DNA of 64,000 nt, from the NCBI GenBank assembly GCA_946495675.1, contig CAMMDQ010000003.1, positions 67,023 through 131,022 of the forward strand, given 5' to 3'. This document shows positions 40,164-50,535 of the stretch, piece by piece. This DNA comes from an uncultured Bacillota bacterium. Its GTDB lineage: Bacteria; Bacillota; Clostridia; Christensenellales; UBA1242. Below the pieces are notes generated by a model that was not told the DNA's origin, ran no database searches, and saw nothing but the letters and a program-made list of their open reading frames with translations. The stretch's first letter is position 1. Each line of letters opens with the position of its first letter. The translations under genes and the position numbers were made by a program.

Positions 40164-43100
40164 AAAATTTGTTTCAAGATGTCAAACATTTGCTAGGCTA
40201 CAAAAAAATCTCAGGTGGTGGGGACGGCGAAAAGGCGATTTTAACTTTGCTTCAAGGCCCATCAATTTTTTTGTCTGACAATTTTGCGAGTGCTGGAAAA
40301 CTGCGTAGAGCTCTGCTTTTGATGGGTAAAACTGCAGAAATCATTTCTTCTGCTGTTGACAGAGAAGAAGGTGAAAGCAATATGCAGCCGTTTGTGGAGA
40401 ATGTTTGCAAGTTTTTAAACGGACAGCTTGACTATCTGATTGTTTTGCCATGCTCAGCAATAGTCAAATTTGACAAAAACGCATTGACATCTTTTGCAAT
40501 CTCTTGCAATGAAAGTTTGGATTTAACAAAACTAAGTCAAAAACTTTCGAGCATCGGTTACGAAAGGGTGGAGCTTGTTTCGCAAAAGGGGCAATTTGCT
40601 TTGCGAGGCGAGATTCTGGATATCTTTCCAGTTACTGAAGAAAATCCGGTCAGAATTGAGTTTTTTGATGATTTGGTGGAAGAAATTCATTTTTTTGACC
40701 TTGAAGGCATGAAAAACATTAAAACCATCGAAAAGATCTCTATAAATCCATGCTCTCTCGTTGACGGCAATGATTGTATTGTTGACTTAAGTGAAAATGT
40801 CTTTTTGGATCAAAGTTTGAATTTTAAAAAAGAAATTGAACTTTTAATGCAAAGTTATAGTGTTTTATCATATTTTGATGAAAAAAACTATGCAACTTTC
40901 GATTATATTTATCAAAATAGCAAAGTGGTTTTTGACAGCCTTGATGATGTTTCCGCTCAGTATAAAATTTCTTCTTTGCCTTCAAGAACCTATTTGACAA
41001 ATTTTTTGGCTTTAAAAAATGATATTTTATCCTATCACAAGATGGGCATGAAAATTGTTCTTTTTGCAGGCAATGAACGATTTAAGCAAAAATTGGAAGA
41101 ATTTTGCAATGAGAATATGCTTACATGGCAAGATTTTGACCTAAAAGAGGATTTTGTGCCGGCTTTGTATATTTCGAAGCTTGATTTTCCCTACCAAATT
41201 TCTTTTCTTGAGAACAAGATAGTTTGTATTGGCTCTGACAGCCTTTTTAAGCATCCGACTACAAATTTTTCAAAATCAAAACATTCAGTTTTCTATCTGC
41301 CAAAGCTTGGCGATTATGTTGTGCATTCCTTCCATGGCATAGGAAAGTGCATAAAAATTGAAAGATTGAAAATTGCCGATATCGAAAAAGATTATTTTGT
41401 TATTGAATATAAAAATGGCGGCATTTTATATCTTCCGAGTGAAGAAGCAAATTCTCTTTCAGCTTATGTTGGCACAGAAGAAAGCCCAAAATTGTCTTCA
41501 CTTGGCGGGGCTGAATTTGCAAGACTTAAAGAAAGGGTTCGCTCAAGCGTTAAAGAAATGGCTTTTTCGCTTGCTAAAATCTACAAAGAAAGGCAGGACA
41601 AAAAAGGCTTTAAATTTGCTAGAGACGAATTTTTGGAAAAACAATTTGCTGATGCTTTTGCTTATCAACTTTCAGCCGATCAAGAAAAAGCAATCATGGA
41701 TATTGACTATGATATGGAAAACGGCAAAGTTATGGACAGGCTTATTTGTGGGGATGTTGGCTTTGGCAAAACTGAAGTTGCCATGCGAGCAATTTTCAAA
41801 TGCGTCTATAATGGTTTGCAGGCAGCCCTTCTTTGCCCAACAACGATTTTATCTCAGCAGCATTTTGAAACACTTTCAAAAAGGTTTGAAGGATTTGGTG
41901 TGAAAGTGCAGGTTGTCAATAGGTTTAAATCTGCAAGCCAAGTTAAGCAAATTTTGCAGGATGTCAAGGATGGAAAAGTTGATGTTTTGATTGGCACTCA
42001 TAGGCTGCTTTCAAATGATGTTTCTTTCAAAAAACTAGGGCTTTTAGTTTTGGATGAAGAGCAGCGATTTGGGGTTGAACATAAAGAGAAGATCAAAAAC
42101 AATTTCACTTTGGTTGATGTTTTGACACTTTCAGCAACACCCATTCCACGAACGCTGAACATGTCTTTATCAGGCATCCGAGATATTTCAGTTATTGAAA
42201 CGCCGCCTAAAGACAGGCTGCCTATTCAAACTTATGTGACCGCTTTTGACGACCAACTCCTAAAAGATGTTTTGCTGCGAGAAAAAGCAAGGGGTGGAAT
42301 TTCTTTTGTGATTTACAATCGTGTTGAAAATATTGATGCTTTTGCTGCGCATCTTTCTATGTTGCTGCCTGATTGCAAGATTGGCTTTGCTCATGGTCAA
42401 ATGCAAGAGCATCATCTTGAAAAGGTTATTGAAAATCTTTACGCTGGGCATTACGACATTCTTGTTTCAACAACTTTAATTGAAAATGGGGTTGACATGG
42501 CAAAAGCAAACACAATGGTGGTTGTTGATGCTGACAGGCTGGGACTTAGCACACTTTATCAGTTGCGTGGCCGAATTGGTCGAAGTGATAAGCTCAGCTA
42601 TGCATATTTGACATATACAAAAGATAAAGTTTTGACAGAGCAGTCAATAAAAAGGTTGGAAGCGTTGAAAGAGTTTTCAACGCTAGGAAGTGGTTTTAAA
42701 ATTGCCATGCGAGATTTAGAAATTCGAGGAGCGGGGAATATTTTTGGCAAACAGCAACATGGTCATATTGCAAAAGTGGGCTACGACATGTATGTGAAGA
42801 TTTTGGATGAAGAAGTCAAAAACCTTAAAGGCGAAAAAATCGAAGATAAAAATGATGTCAAACTTGAGGTTGCGATTGATGCATTTATTGACCAAAATTA
42901 CATTTCTTCCAGTCAAGAACGCATTGTTTACTACACTCGCATAAGTGAAATTGAAAATCAAAGCGACAAACAAAGTGTTATCACAAGTCTGCAAGATGCT
43001 TTTGGGGCTGTTCCTCAAGAAATCATCAACCTTTGCAATTTGGCACATTTACGCAACCTGGCAGGTCGATTTATGATTGAAAAAATCAAAATCAACAATG

Positions 43101-43291
43101 CTGTGAGTGAAATTTATCTTAAAAAGCAAGAACAAATTGTTGATAAACCTCTAGCTGAAAAATTGTCTGCCTTTGGTGGCAAACTCGTTTACGGCACAGC
43201 CCTTAAAATTTCTTTCAATTTTGTCGGGAATGTGGCAAAAAAGCTTGAAAAAATGTTGGAATTTTTGATTGAAACAACAAAAAATGATTAA
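40157..43291 (+). CDS. mfd: Transcription-repair coupling factor
   Basis: RID domain (VVHSFHGIG), GDVGFGKT, DEEQRFG, QLRGRIGR, TRCF C-terminus. Confidence 0.97.
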   Translation: MLENLFQDVKHLLGYKKISGGGDGEKAILTLLQGPSIFLSDNFASAGKLRRALLLMGKTAEIISSAVDREEGESNMQPFVENVCKFLNGQLDYLIVLPCSAIVKFDKNALTSFAISCNESLDLTKLSQKLSSIGYERVELVSQKGQFALRGEILDIFPVTEENPVRIEFFDDLVEEIHFFDLEGMKNIKTIEKISINPCSLVDGNDCIVDLSENVFLDQSLNFKKEIELLMQSYSVLSYFDEKNYATFDYIYQNSKVVFDSLDDVSAQYKISSLPSRTYLTNFLALKNDILSYHKMGMKIVLFAGNERFKQKLEEFCNENMLTWQDFDLKEDFVPALYISKLDFPYQISFLENKIVCIGSDSLFKHPTTNFSKSKHSVFYLPKLGDYVVHSFHGIGKCIKIERLKIADIEKDYFVIEYKNGGILYLPSEEANSLSAYVGTEESPKLSSLGGAEFARLKERVRSSVKEMAFSLAKIYKERQDKKGFKFARDEFLEKQFADAFAYQLSADQEKAIMDIDYDMENGKVMDRLICGDVGFGKTEVAMRAIFKCVYNGLQAALLCPTTILSQQHFETLSKRFEGFGVKVQVVNRFKSASQVKQILQDVKDGKVDVLIGTHRLLSNDVSFKKLGLLVLDEEQRFGVEHKEKIKNNFTLVDVLTLSATPIPRTLNMSLSGIRDISVIETPPKDRLPIQTYVTAFDDQLLKDVLLREKARGGISFVIYNRVENIDAFAAHLSMLLPDCKIGFAHGQMQEHHLEKVIENLYAGHYDILVSTTLIENGVDMAKANTMVVVDADRLGLSTLYQLRGRIGRSDKLSYAYLTYTKDKVLTEQSIKRLEALKEFSTLGSGFKIAMRDLEIRGAGNIFGKQQHGHIAKVGYDMYVKILDEEVKNLKGEKIEDKNDVKLEVAIDAFIDQNYISSSQERIVYYTRISEIENQSDKQSVITSLQDAFGAVPQEIINLCNLAHLRNLAGRFMIEKIKINNAVSEIYLKKQEQIVDKPLAEKLSAFGGKLVYGTALKISFNFVGNVAKKLEKMLEFLIETTKND

Positions 43292-43427
43292 AAAAGCTCT
43301 GGGATGCAATAATTTTAGTAATTTAAAAAAGATATATAAATTTGCTTGAAATTTTCATGCCATTTGTGCTAAACTTTAATGTGTGATTTTAAATTAAGTA
43401 AATTTATCCACTTGCTATGGAGAATAT

Positions 43428-45221
43428 ATGAAAAAAAGATTTTTAGGGCTACTGTTATGTTTTACTCTTTTTAGCATGTCAATTTTGACAGGTTGTTCTT
43501 TGTTCACGCAAAACACCGAATTATATTACAACACCATCGTTGCAACGCTTGTGAAAGATGATCGTACAATCGAAATCACCAAGCAAGAGTTGATTGAAAT
43601 GTATATGAGCTATGGTTCTATGTATGAGCAATATTATGGCTATTCAACTGAAGAGGCTTATCAAATGTCTCTCACCTTGGTTGAAAACAATAAAATAAGC
43701 ATAGTTGAAGGCGAAAAAATTGTTCAAGAAAGGGGCGGACTGACGAAAAAAGAGAAGTCTTATATTTGGCAGGAAACAATGGATGCCTTACTAGACAATT
43801 TTGACAGATACTATCAACAAATCATTGAGGCGGAAGATGAAAGCGAGTCTGATGATATAACTTTTGAAGGTTACCAAAAAACTGCTAAAATTGAAAATGG
43901 TCAAATCGTTCGAGAAAATGTTCCTACAAAAGTGATTGATGAATATGATTATGACGAAAGTAATGCTCACGATTATTCAAATGAAGAAGATAAAAAATTG
44001 ATTTATACAAATCTTATTGGTCATGTGACAAGCGGAGATGAAAATTATCGAGAAGCATTTGAAGATTATAAGCAAGCTCTTATTTCATCAGAACAGGGAT
44101 TAAACCTTTCCACGGATACTCCAAGCCTTTTTGAAAGGGAAATTGAAAGGCTGAGCAAACTTATGTATGAAACCTATATGTCAACAGTTTACTCAGAACA
44201 ATTTGAAACTTATGACGAAGCTTCTTATGTGACAATGAGTGATATTCTTGCTCTTTATTCTAGCAAAGTTCGACGAGATTATGTTCAGTATCAAATTGAA
44301 GACAGCTCAGAATACGACAGCACAATTCAAAGCAATGCAGCAGGTGTTTATTACTACAAAAATGGCGAAGAAGACACAAAATACTTCACTGTTGCAAACA
44401 TTTTGATTATGTTTGATGAAACGCAACAGGAGAAATACAACGAAATTTATGAAAGATTTTATGGTCAATCTCCTGACGAAGGCGATCCGCCAGAAGAACT
44501 TGTGAATAGTGATGTAAGCTATGATGGCAGCTATTCAAGAACTGATTTTGAAAATGATTTGACAGCGCTTTACAATCAACTTAAGCCTGTTGTAAGACAG
44601 AAAGAAGGAGAGTCAAACATCTATAAAGAAGTCGAGTCTAATTTGACCCAAGATACTCTTTTGCAAAACATAAAAACTCAACTTTCAAACGAGTCTAATT
44701 TGAATAATAAAGCAGACCTAATAAACCAGTATATTTATATGTATAATGAAGATGAAGGAATGTTTAATGCTGAATCTTGTTATGTTGTTGGTGTTGATTC
44801 AAATGGAGAAGGTGTGTCAAGCTTCGTTCAATCATTTGAAGATGCAGCTATTGCTCTTTACAACAATGGGCAGGGGAAATTTGGTGATGTGTCACCAAAT
44901 TATGTAAGATCGAATTATGGTTTGCACATCATTATTTACACAGGCCCTGCACAAAATGAAAATATCGCAAAACTTTTGACTACTGCTAATGAAAATTTCA
45001 CTTTGAGTTACTCTCAAGGTGACGAAAATGACCCAGACAGCGCGATTTACACACTTTATCACACAAGAGTAAATCCACTTGTTGACAAAACATATTTTGA
45101 TGTGCTATATGATGAAATTTATCAAGATGATGCTGCAAATTTGCAATCATTAGATATAGAAGAGCTGCGTAATGAATATGCTATAACACATTTTGTTGAT
45201 CGCTATTCTGATTTGTTTTAA
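43428..45221 (+). CDS. Large PrsA/SurA-like foldase lipoprotein
   Basis: Lipobox LTGC; VANILI, FEDAAIAL and VRSNYGLHII parvulin-like motifs; position after mfd. Confidence 0.7.
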   Translation: MKKRFLGLLLCFTLFSMSILTGCSLFTQNTELYYNTIVATLVKDDRTIEITKQELIEMYMSYGSMYEQYYGYSTEEAYQMSLTLVENNKISIVEGEKIVQERGGLTKKEKSYIWQETMDALLDNFDRYYQQIIEAEDESESDDITFEGYQKTAKIENGQIVRENVPTKVIDEYDYDESNAHDYSNEEDKKLIYTNLIGHVTSGDENYREAFEDYKQALISSEQGLNLSTDTPSLFEREIERLSKLMYETYMSTVYSEQFETYDEASYVTMSDILALYSSKVRRDYVQYQIEDSSEYDSTIQSNAAGVYYYKNGEEDTKYFTVANILIMFDETQQEKYNEIYERFYGQSPDEGDPPEELVNSDVSYDGSYSRTDFENDLTALYNQLKPVVRQKEGESNIYKEVESNLTQDTLLQNIKTQLSNESNLNNKADLINQYIYMYNEDEGMFNAESCYVVGVDSNGEGVSSFVQSFEDAAIALYNNGQGKFGDVSPNYVRSNYGLHIIIYTGPAQNENIAKLLTTANENFTLSYSQGDENDPDSAIYTLYHTRVNPLVDKTYFDVLYDEIYQDDAANLQSLDIEELRNEYAITHFVDRYSDLF

Positions 45222-45293
45222 TTAAATCAAACATAAGTTATAAAATGTTCTTGTTAAGTTGACAAGAACATTTTTATTTGTTAAACTAGGTCT

Positions 45294-46793
45294 ATGCAAA
45301 ACTCTGACAATCAGCAAAATGAAAAAAAAGCATTGCAGCTTTCGATTGACGGAACAGCTGTAGACAAAGTCGCTCAAAATTTGGAAGAAGAGGCGGCTGG
45401 CATTGCTGATGAAAATGATTTATCACATTTTAAAGGTAAAGTTTTTTATCCGGTGGGTAGGTCCAAACTGGTTTTTAATAATAAAAGTTTGCTCAAAAAA
45501 AAGGAAAATCAAACAAAAGAAAATTTCCTTAGTGTGATTAAAAGAAAACTTGGTTTTCAACAGCTCAGACTTAAAGCAGAAAGTGCTTTTGCAAAACCTA
45601 TGAGCGAGCAGGAACAAAAAGAAAAACTCGCAGAAGCTGAGAAGTCTGTTTCGAAAAAAAGCAGCAAAAAAAGCAAGCTGAAAAATTTGATTTTTTTCTT
45701 CATCAACATTGCTATTGTTGCAGGAATTTTGACTTACCAACTGACACAAGAAGAATTTGCACCTCTTTCAGGATTAAGATTTGATTGGACTGCTCTTTTG
45801 GTTGTGATAGCTTTATACTGTGGATTGCTGTTTGCAGAAACCTTGACAATGGGCTATCTGATGAAAATTTCGACAAACAAATGGGCTCTTGGTTTTTCTT
45901 TCAAATTGACTTATATCGGCAGATATTATGACAATGTTACACCGATGTCAACAGGTGGGCAGCCTTTTCAAATTGCCTATTCCAAATCGCATGGATTGCC
46001 AATGCATACTTCATTGTCGATTCCATTTGGAAAGTATATCTTTGGACAAATCGCATGGTTTATTCTTAGTGTGATATGCCTTATTTACAGCTTTGCTGTT
46101 ATGAATATGAATGTTTTTGTTATGACAACAAGTATAATTGGGTTTGTTTTAGGTTCAGTTGTGCTTGTGGTTACTGTCTTTTTGTGCATTTGCAAAACTG
46201 TTGGGAAAAAATTGGTTGTTAAAGTTTTAAAACTACTTTACAAAATGAAAATAATCAAAAATTATGACAAGCAGTATGAAAAAATCACTAAATATATCAG
46301 TGATTTCCAAGATGTTATGCAGCAATATGCAAAAAGTCCAAAAGATTTTCTGTTTCTTGTTGGAATGAGCTTGCTTAGGATGGTTTTCCATTATTCAATC
46401 CCATTTTTTATCATTTACTTTTTCAATGGTGGGATTGACGGCTCCATGTTTATACCTGTTTTTGTAATGTGTAATTTGGTAGATATGGCCTCATCCTTCT
46501 TCCCGTTGCCTGGTGGTTCAGGCATGAATGAAATTTCATTTGCTGCAGCCTTTGGCTCTATTGTTGGGCAAAACAATATTCTTGTGTGGGTGTTGCTTGG
46601 ATGGCGTTTCTTCTCATACTACATTTATCTATTGCAAGGCATTATAATTCTATCCTACGATGTCAGCTATGGCAACAGAAAGTATCGTTGGAATGTTTGC
46701 CGTCAAAATTTGATTGAAGAAAGCAACCAATTTAAGCAGATTCAAATTGACAATTTCAGATTAGCCCGTTCTCGTAGAAGAAAAAAGGTGTAA
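45294..46793 (+). CDS. Lysylphosphatidylglycerol synthase TM-domain / YbhN family protein
   Basis: YDNVTPMSTGGQP, PLPGGSG, WRFFSYY. Confidence 0.88.
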   Translation: MQNSDNQQNEKKALQLSIDGTAVDKVAQNLEEEAAGIADENDLSHFKGKVFYPVGRSKLVFNNKSLLKKKENQTKENFLSVIKRKLGFQQLRLKAESAFAKPMSEQEQKEKLAEAEKSVSKKSSKKSKLKNLIFFFINIAIVAGILTYQLTQEEFAPLSGLRFDWTALLVVIALYCGLLFAETLTMGYLMKISTNKWALGFSFKLTYIGRYYDNVTPMSTGGQPFQIAYSKSHGLPMHTSLSIPFGKYIFGQIAWFILSVICLIYSFAVMNMNVFVMTTSIIGFVLGSVVLVVTVFLCICKTVGKKLVVKVLKLLYKMKIIKNYDKQYEKITKYISDFQDVMQQYAKSPKDFLFLVGMSLLRMVFHYSIPFFIIYFFNGGIDGSMFIPVFVMCNLVDMASSFFPLPGGSGMNEISFAAAFGSIVGQNNILVWVLLGWRFFSYYIYLLQGIIILSYDVSYGNRKYRWNVCRQNLIEESNQFKQIQIDNFRLARSRRRKKV

Positions 46794-46845
46794 CTTGTTG
46801 TTTAGTTAGTGAATAAAATCGTTTTGAGCCGACCAAAATATTTGT

Positions 46846-47403
46846 ATGAAAATCGACAAATCAAATTTTGGTTGGCTTTTTGCATGTATCGGGCTTGTTT
46901 TGCTTTTGGTCCTAAGTGTTTATCTTGGCAAAAGCGGCTTTTTTTTCACAACAGAAAATACCTATACAACTGATTTGATTTTGGGACAGAGTATCGAGTG
47001 TGGTTTGCAAAAAAATCAATCAACCAGTGCATCTTTAAATTTTTCAGGTGGATTTTTGCCAGATGAAAGATTACCTCAAGTTGTTGCTGTCAAAAATATG
47101 GATGGTGAAGCCTCTTTGTATTTAAGAGCCAAGGTTTTTGTTTATTCTTCACAAAATCAAATTTTGGATGTTGATATAGTTGAAAATAGTAATTGGGTCA
47201 AAAATGATGATGGATATTTTTATTACAACGACCTGATTCAGCCAAACGAGAAGGTGAGTTTGTGCTCGCATGTTATTCTTGGAAGTCAAGATTTTCAACC
47301 TGTAAGCTGGAAAAAATATATTTTGACTTTTGTATTTGAAACCCTAGACAGCAATCTTGATGTTCAAACAATTTGGGGCAGCCAAGCGGGTGAAAATGTT
47401 TGA
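46846..47403 (+). CDS. Secreted or membrane-anchored protein, loosely TasA/camelysin-like
   Basis: N-terminal TM, VKN...LYLRAKV, NWVKNDDGYFYY. Confidence 0.6.
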   Translation: MKIDKSNFGWLFACIGLVLLLVLSVYLGKSGFFFTTENTYTTDLILGQSIECGLQKNQSTSASLNFSGGFLPDERLPQVVAVKNMDGEASLYLRAKVFVYSSQNQILDVDIVENSNWVKNDDGYFYYNDLIQPNEKVSLCSHVILGSQDFQPVSWKKYILTFVFETLDSNLDVQTIWGSQAGENV

Positions 47404-47448
47404 CAAAATTTAAAATATTCAATTATAATATTTTCAAAGGAGTTTAGC

Positions 47449-47637
47449 ATGCCATTTGTTCCACCACCACCGCCACCAAATTTTAAAAAACCAGAGTATA
47501 ACACTGAAAAGCAAACTATCGGCACAGAAGATAAACGAGATACAAGAGAAAAGGGCAGAAAAATTTTATTTTCAGCACTAGCAGTGCTTTGTTTTGTTGT
47601 TGCCATTGTTATGTTCACTTTAATGACAGTTTTATAA
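47449..47637 (+). CDS. Small membrane protein with N-terminal hexaproline
   Basis: AAGGAG RBS, TTGACA/TATAAT promoter, C-terminal TM helix. Confidence 0.7.
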   Translation: MPFVPPPPPPNFKKPEYNTEKQTIGTEDKRDTREKGRKILFSALAVLCFVVAIVMFTLMTVL

Positions 47638-47692
47638 CAAAATTCTGCAAAAAAAGTTTATTATAGATTTTTAAATAGGCAATCATTTTTTT

Positions 47693-48136
47693 ATGAAAAA
47701 TTTGGTTGCTTTTTTATTTTTATCGATATTGCTGTTTGTATTTTGTTATTTCGATTTTTCTCCATCGCTGCCGTTTTCTTCAGCAGTGAGAGCAAGTTTT
47801 GTGCTAAAGCAGCAGGTTGAAGGTTATGATTATGTGCAAAATGGTGATGAATATATAGTCGAGGTTTACAGCGATATTGAAAGTTTTTATCAAAAATATT
47901 CAGACAAAATCAAAGGATTTAATTTGTATTTTTCTGAGAATGCTGAGCAAATAATTCAAACTTTATCAGGTCAAATTTATAGATCGCAAGATGTTGAAGG
48001 TATGAAAATTTATTATGGTTACACAAATTTATATAATGATTTTCGTTATGTGTCAGGCAAAAAAATAAATGTTCAGATTGCAGAGCAAGAAAATCAGGTG
48101 ATTGTCGGATTTCCGCTCATTTTGACGGGCTTTTAG
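47693..48136 (+). CDS. YwmB-like protein
   Basis: KKINVQIA...IVGFPLI C-terminus; located near spoIIQ/spoIIID. Confidence 0.7.
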   Translation: MKNLVAFLFLSILLFVFCYFDFSPSLPFSSAVRASFVLKQQVEGYDYVQNGDEYIVEVYSDIESFYQKYSDKIKGFNLYFSENAEQIIQTLSGQIYRSQDVEGMKIYYGYTNLYNDFRYVSGKKINVQIAEQENQVIVGFPLILTGF

Positions 48137-48209
48137 CAAAAAGTTATTCTAGTGAAAAATTATGTATAAAATAATTTCTTCTGGCAATAAACTTGGCAGG
48201 AGGTAAGAA

Positions 48210-48770
48210 ATGGAAATCACAAAGAAAAACAAATTTGTCGAGTTTTTCAAAAACTACTGGATGTATGTTGCTGTTGGAGTTGTTGTGATTGTTGTTGCAA
48301 TCACAGTTGGCCTTCTTGCAGGCAGAGGGAGCGTTCCAACAACATCGCCAAGCCTTGAATTTTCATTGCCTATGAGCGAGGCAAGCATTGTGAAAGACTT
48401 TTCATCCACAGAGCTTCAAGAAAACACGACATTAAATCAATGGGAGGCTCATCTTTCTGTTGATTTCACTTCAGATAATGCTGATGTGTTTGCTGTTCTT
48501 GACGGAACCGTAACAGATGTAAGCTACGATATACTTAACGGATACAAGGTTGAAATCACTCACGATGGCGGCTTTGTAAGCACCTATAGTTCTTTGGCAG
48601 AAGAACCTGTAGTGCAAGAAGGAGATTCAGTTGCTTCTGGCGAAAAGATTGGCTCAATCAGCAGCACTGCAACCTTTGAATCCGATCTTGGTGATCACCT
48701 TCATTTTACTCTATATCTGAATGAAGAGCCTGTTGATCCAAACAATTATCTTGATTTGCAAAACAAATAA
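48210..48770 (+). CDS. M23/LytM peptidase, SpoIIQ-like
   Basis: TM helix, HLSVD (HxxxD), HLHF, VDP; sigmaF-like GTATA-14-GGCAATAAA upstream; upstream of spoIIID. Confidence 0.85.
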   Translation: MEITKKNKFVEFFKNYWMYVAVGVVVIVVAITVGLLAGRGSVPTTSPSLEFSLPMSEASIVKDFSSTELQENTTLNQWEAHLSVDFTSDNADVFAVLDGTVTDVSYDILNGYKVEITHDGGFVSTYSSLAEEPVVQEGDSVASGEKIGSISSTATFESDLGDHLHFTLYLNEEPVDPNNYLDLQNK

Positions 48771-48836
48771 GCAGATTTTCTGCTTATTTTGTTTTGTATA
48801 TTTGCTTAATTGTGATATAATGCACTTGGAGGATTT

Positions 48837-49073
48837 ATGAAAACAATCGACAAAGTAAAACAGATAATTGCAGAACAACTTTGCATTTCAACTGATGATA
48901 TTTCTGATACAGCAAATGTTGTAGAAGATTTGGGGGCAGACTCTTTGGATATCGTCGAAATGCTTATGACTTTTGAAGACGAATTTAATGTTTCAATCCC
49001 TGATGAACAACTGAAACAGCTTAGCGACATACCTTCAATTGTCAATTTGATTGAACAATATACAAAAAAATAA
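48837..49073 (+). CDS. acpP: Acyl carrier protein
   Basis: DLGADSLDIVE phosphopantetheine site. Confidence 0.95.
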   Translation: MKTIDKVKQIIAEQLCISTDDISDTANVVEDLGADSLDIVEMLMTFEDEFNVSIPDEQLKQLSDIPSIVNLIEQYTKK

Positions 49074-49203
49074 GATTTAATCTTAAAATTCAGCCAACTT
49101 ATTTATAAAAATTTAATCAAAAGCTCTCAAACTTGAGAGCTTTCGTCATTTTTTGACATATTTTTCAAGTTTTGGTCATAGGTTATGCCATGGAGGCATA
49201 GCT

Positions 49204-49521
49204 ATGAATAATGAAAAACTTGATCGAGTTACAATGCTTGCAAATCATATTCTTTCCACCCATGACACGATAAGAAAAACTGCAAAAATTTTTTCTTTAA
49301 GTAAAAGCACAGTGCACAATGATGTTTCAAAAAGGCTTTATAAAATTGATAAAGTGCTTTATTTGAAAGTGCAAAAAATTTTAGACGAGCATTTTAGAGA
49401 AAAGCATATTCGTGGCGGTGAAGCGACAAGAAAAAAATATCAGGATTTACTTGAGAACTTAAACAAAAAGCTTGAACAACAATTATGCTATGATGATGAA
49501 AGTGACGAAGAGAAAGAATAA
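49204..49521 (+). CDS. spoIIID: Stage III sporulation protein D
   Basis: TIRKTAKIFSLSKSTVHNDV, HIRGGEATRKKY; GGAGG RBS. Confidence 0.95.
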   Translation: MNNEKLDRVTMLANHILSTHDTIRKTAKIFSLSKSTVHNDVSKRLYKIDKVLYLKVQKILDEHFREKHIRGGEATRKKYQDLLENLNKKLEQQLCYDDESDEEKE

Positions 49522-49543
49522 AAAACAGCCATCAAAGGCTGTT

Positions 49544-50464
49544 TTATTTTTTGCCAGCGGAGAAAAGTACTTTTTGCATTTTTAAAGATAAAAGCTGTGC
49601 AGCCTTGTCTCTTCCTTTTCCAAGATAATTTCGAGGATCAAACTCTTTTTTGTTTTCGCTTAAAACCTTGCGAATCTCTGATGAAAAAGCAAGTCTTATA
49701 TCAGAATCAGTGTTTATTTTGACAATATTATGCTCTTTGACAGCTTTTATCAGCAGCTCTTCGCTGACACCCTTAGCTTTATCAAGTTTGCCCCCAAAAT
49801 TTTTAAAGGTTTCAATAAGGTCTTCATCGACTGTAGAAGCTCCATGCAAAACCAAAGGCGTTTGTGGCAGCAAATTTTCAATCTGTTGCAAAATATCTAA
49901 TCGTAAAGAAGGTTCTTTTACAAATTTATTAACTCCGTGGCTTGTGCCTATTGCCACCGCAAGCATGTCAACTTTTGTGTTTTTGACAAATTCTGCGGCT
50001 TGCTCTGGATTTGTATAACTTGTCTTTGAAATATCGAGATTATCTTCTATACCCTTTATTTGACCGATTTCGCCTTCAACCAATATTCCTTTTTTATGAG
50101 CATAATCGGTGACTTTTTTTGTAAGACAAATATTCTCTGCAAAAGGCAGAGCGCTACCATCAATCATTACGCTGTCAAATCCAAGATCAACCGCTTTTTT
50201 GCACATCTCAAAACTTTTTCCATGATCAAGGTGGAGAAATAGGGCGGGATTAAGTTTTTTTGCAGTTTTTGCAAGATTTATTACAAAATCTTCACCTATG
50301 TATTTAAAAGAACTTTCTGTAACTGAGATAAAAGCCGGGCTGTTTGTTTTTGCACTGGCATTTATTATTGCCTGCAAACTTTCCAAATTGGTAAAATTGA
50401 AAGCCCCCAACGCAAAATGATTTTTGAGCGCTTTGTTTAGATAAAACTTCAAGTTGTTTTTCAT
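49544..50464 (-). CDS. fba: Class II fructose-bisphosphate aldolase
   Basis: LHLDHG, SVMIDGS, AIGTSHG, LVLHGAS, KINTDSD. Confidence 0.95.
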   Translation of the reverse strand: MKNNLKFYLNKALKNHFALGAFNFTNLESLQAIINASAKTNSPAFISVTESSFKYIGEDFVINLAKTAKKLNPALFLHLDHGKSFEMCKKAVDLGFDSVMIDGSALPFAENICLTKKVTDYAHKKGILVEGEIGQIKGIEDNLDISKTSYTNPEQAAEFVKNTKVDMLAVAIGTSHGVNKFVKEPSLRLDILQQIENLLPQTPLVLHGASTVDEDLIETFKNFGGKLDKAKGVSEELLIKAVKEHNIVKINTDSDIRLAFSSEIRKVLSENKKEFDPRNYLGKGRDKAAQLLSLKMQKVLFSAGKK

Positions 50465-50535
50465 TTTTCCCTCGTAAGAATATTTTAACACATTTTTGCA
50501 AACTTTCAAACATAATTTATAGCGATGGAGGTTGT

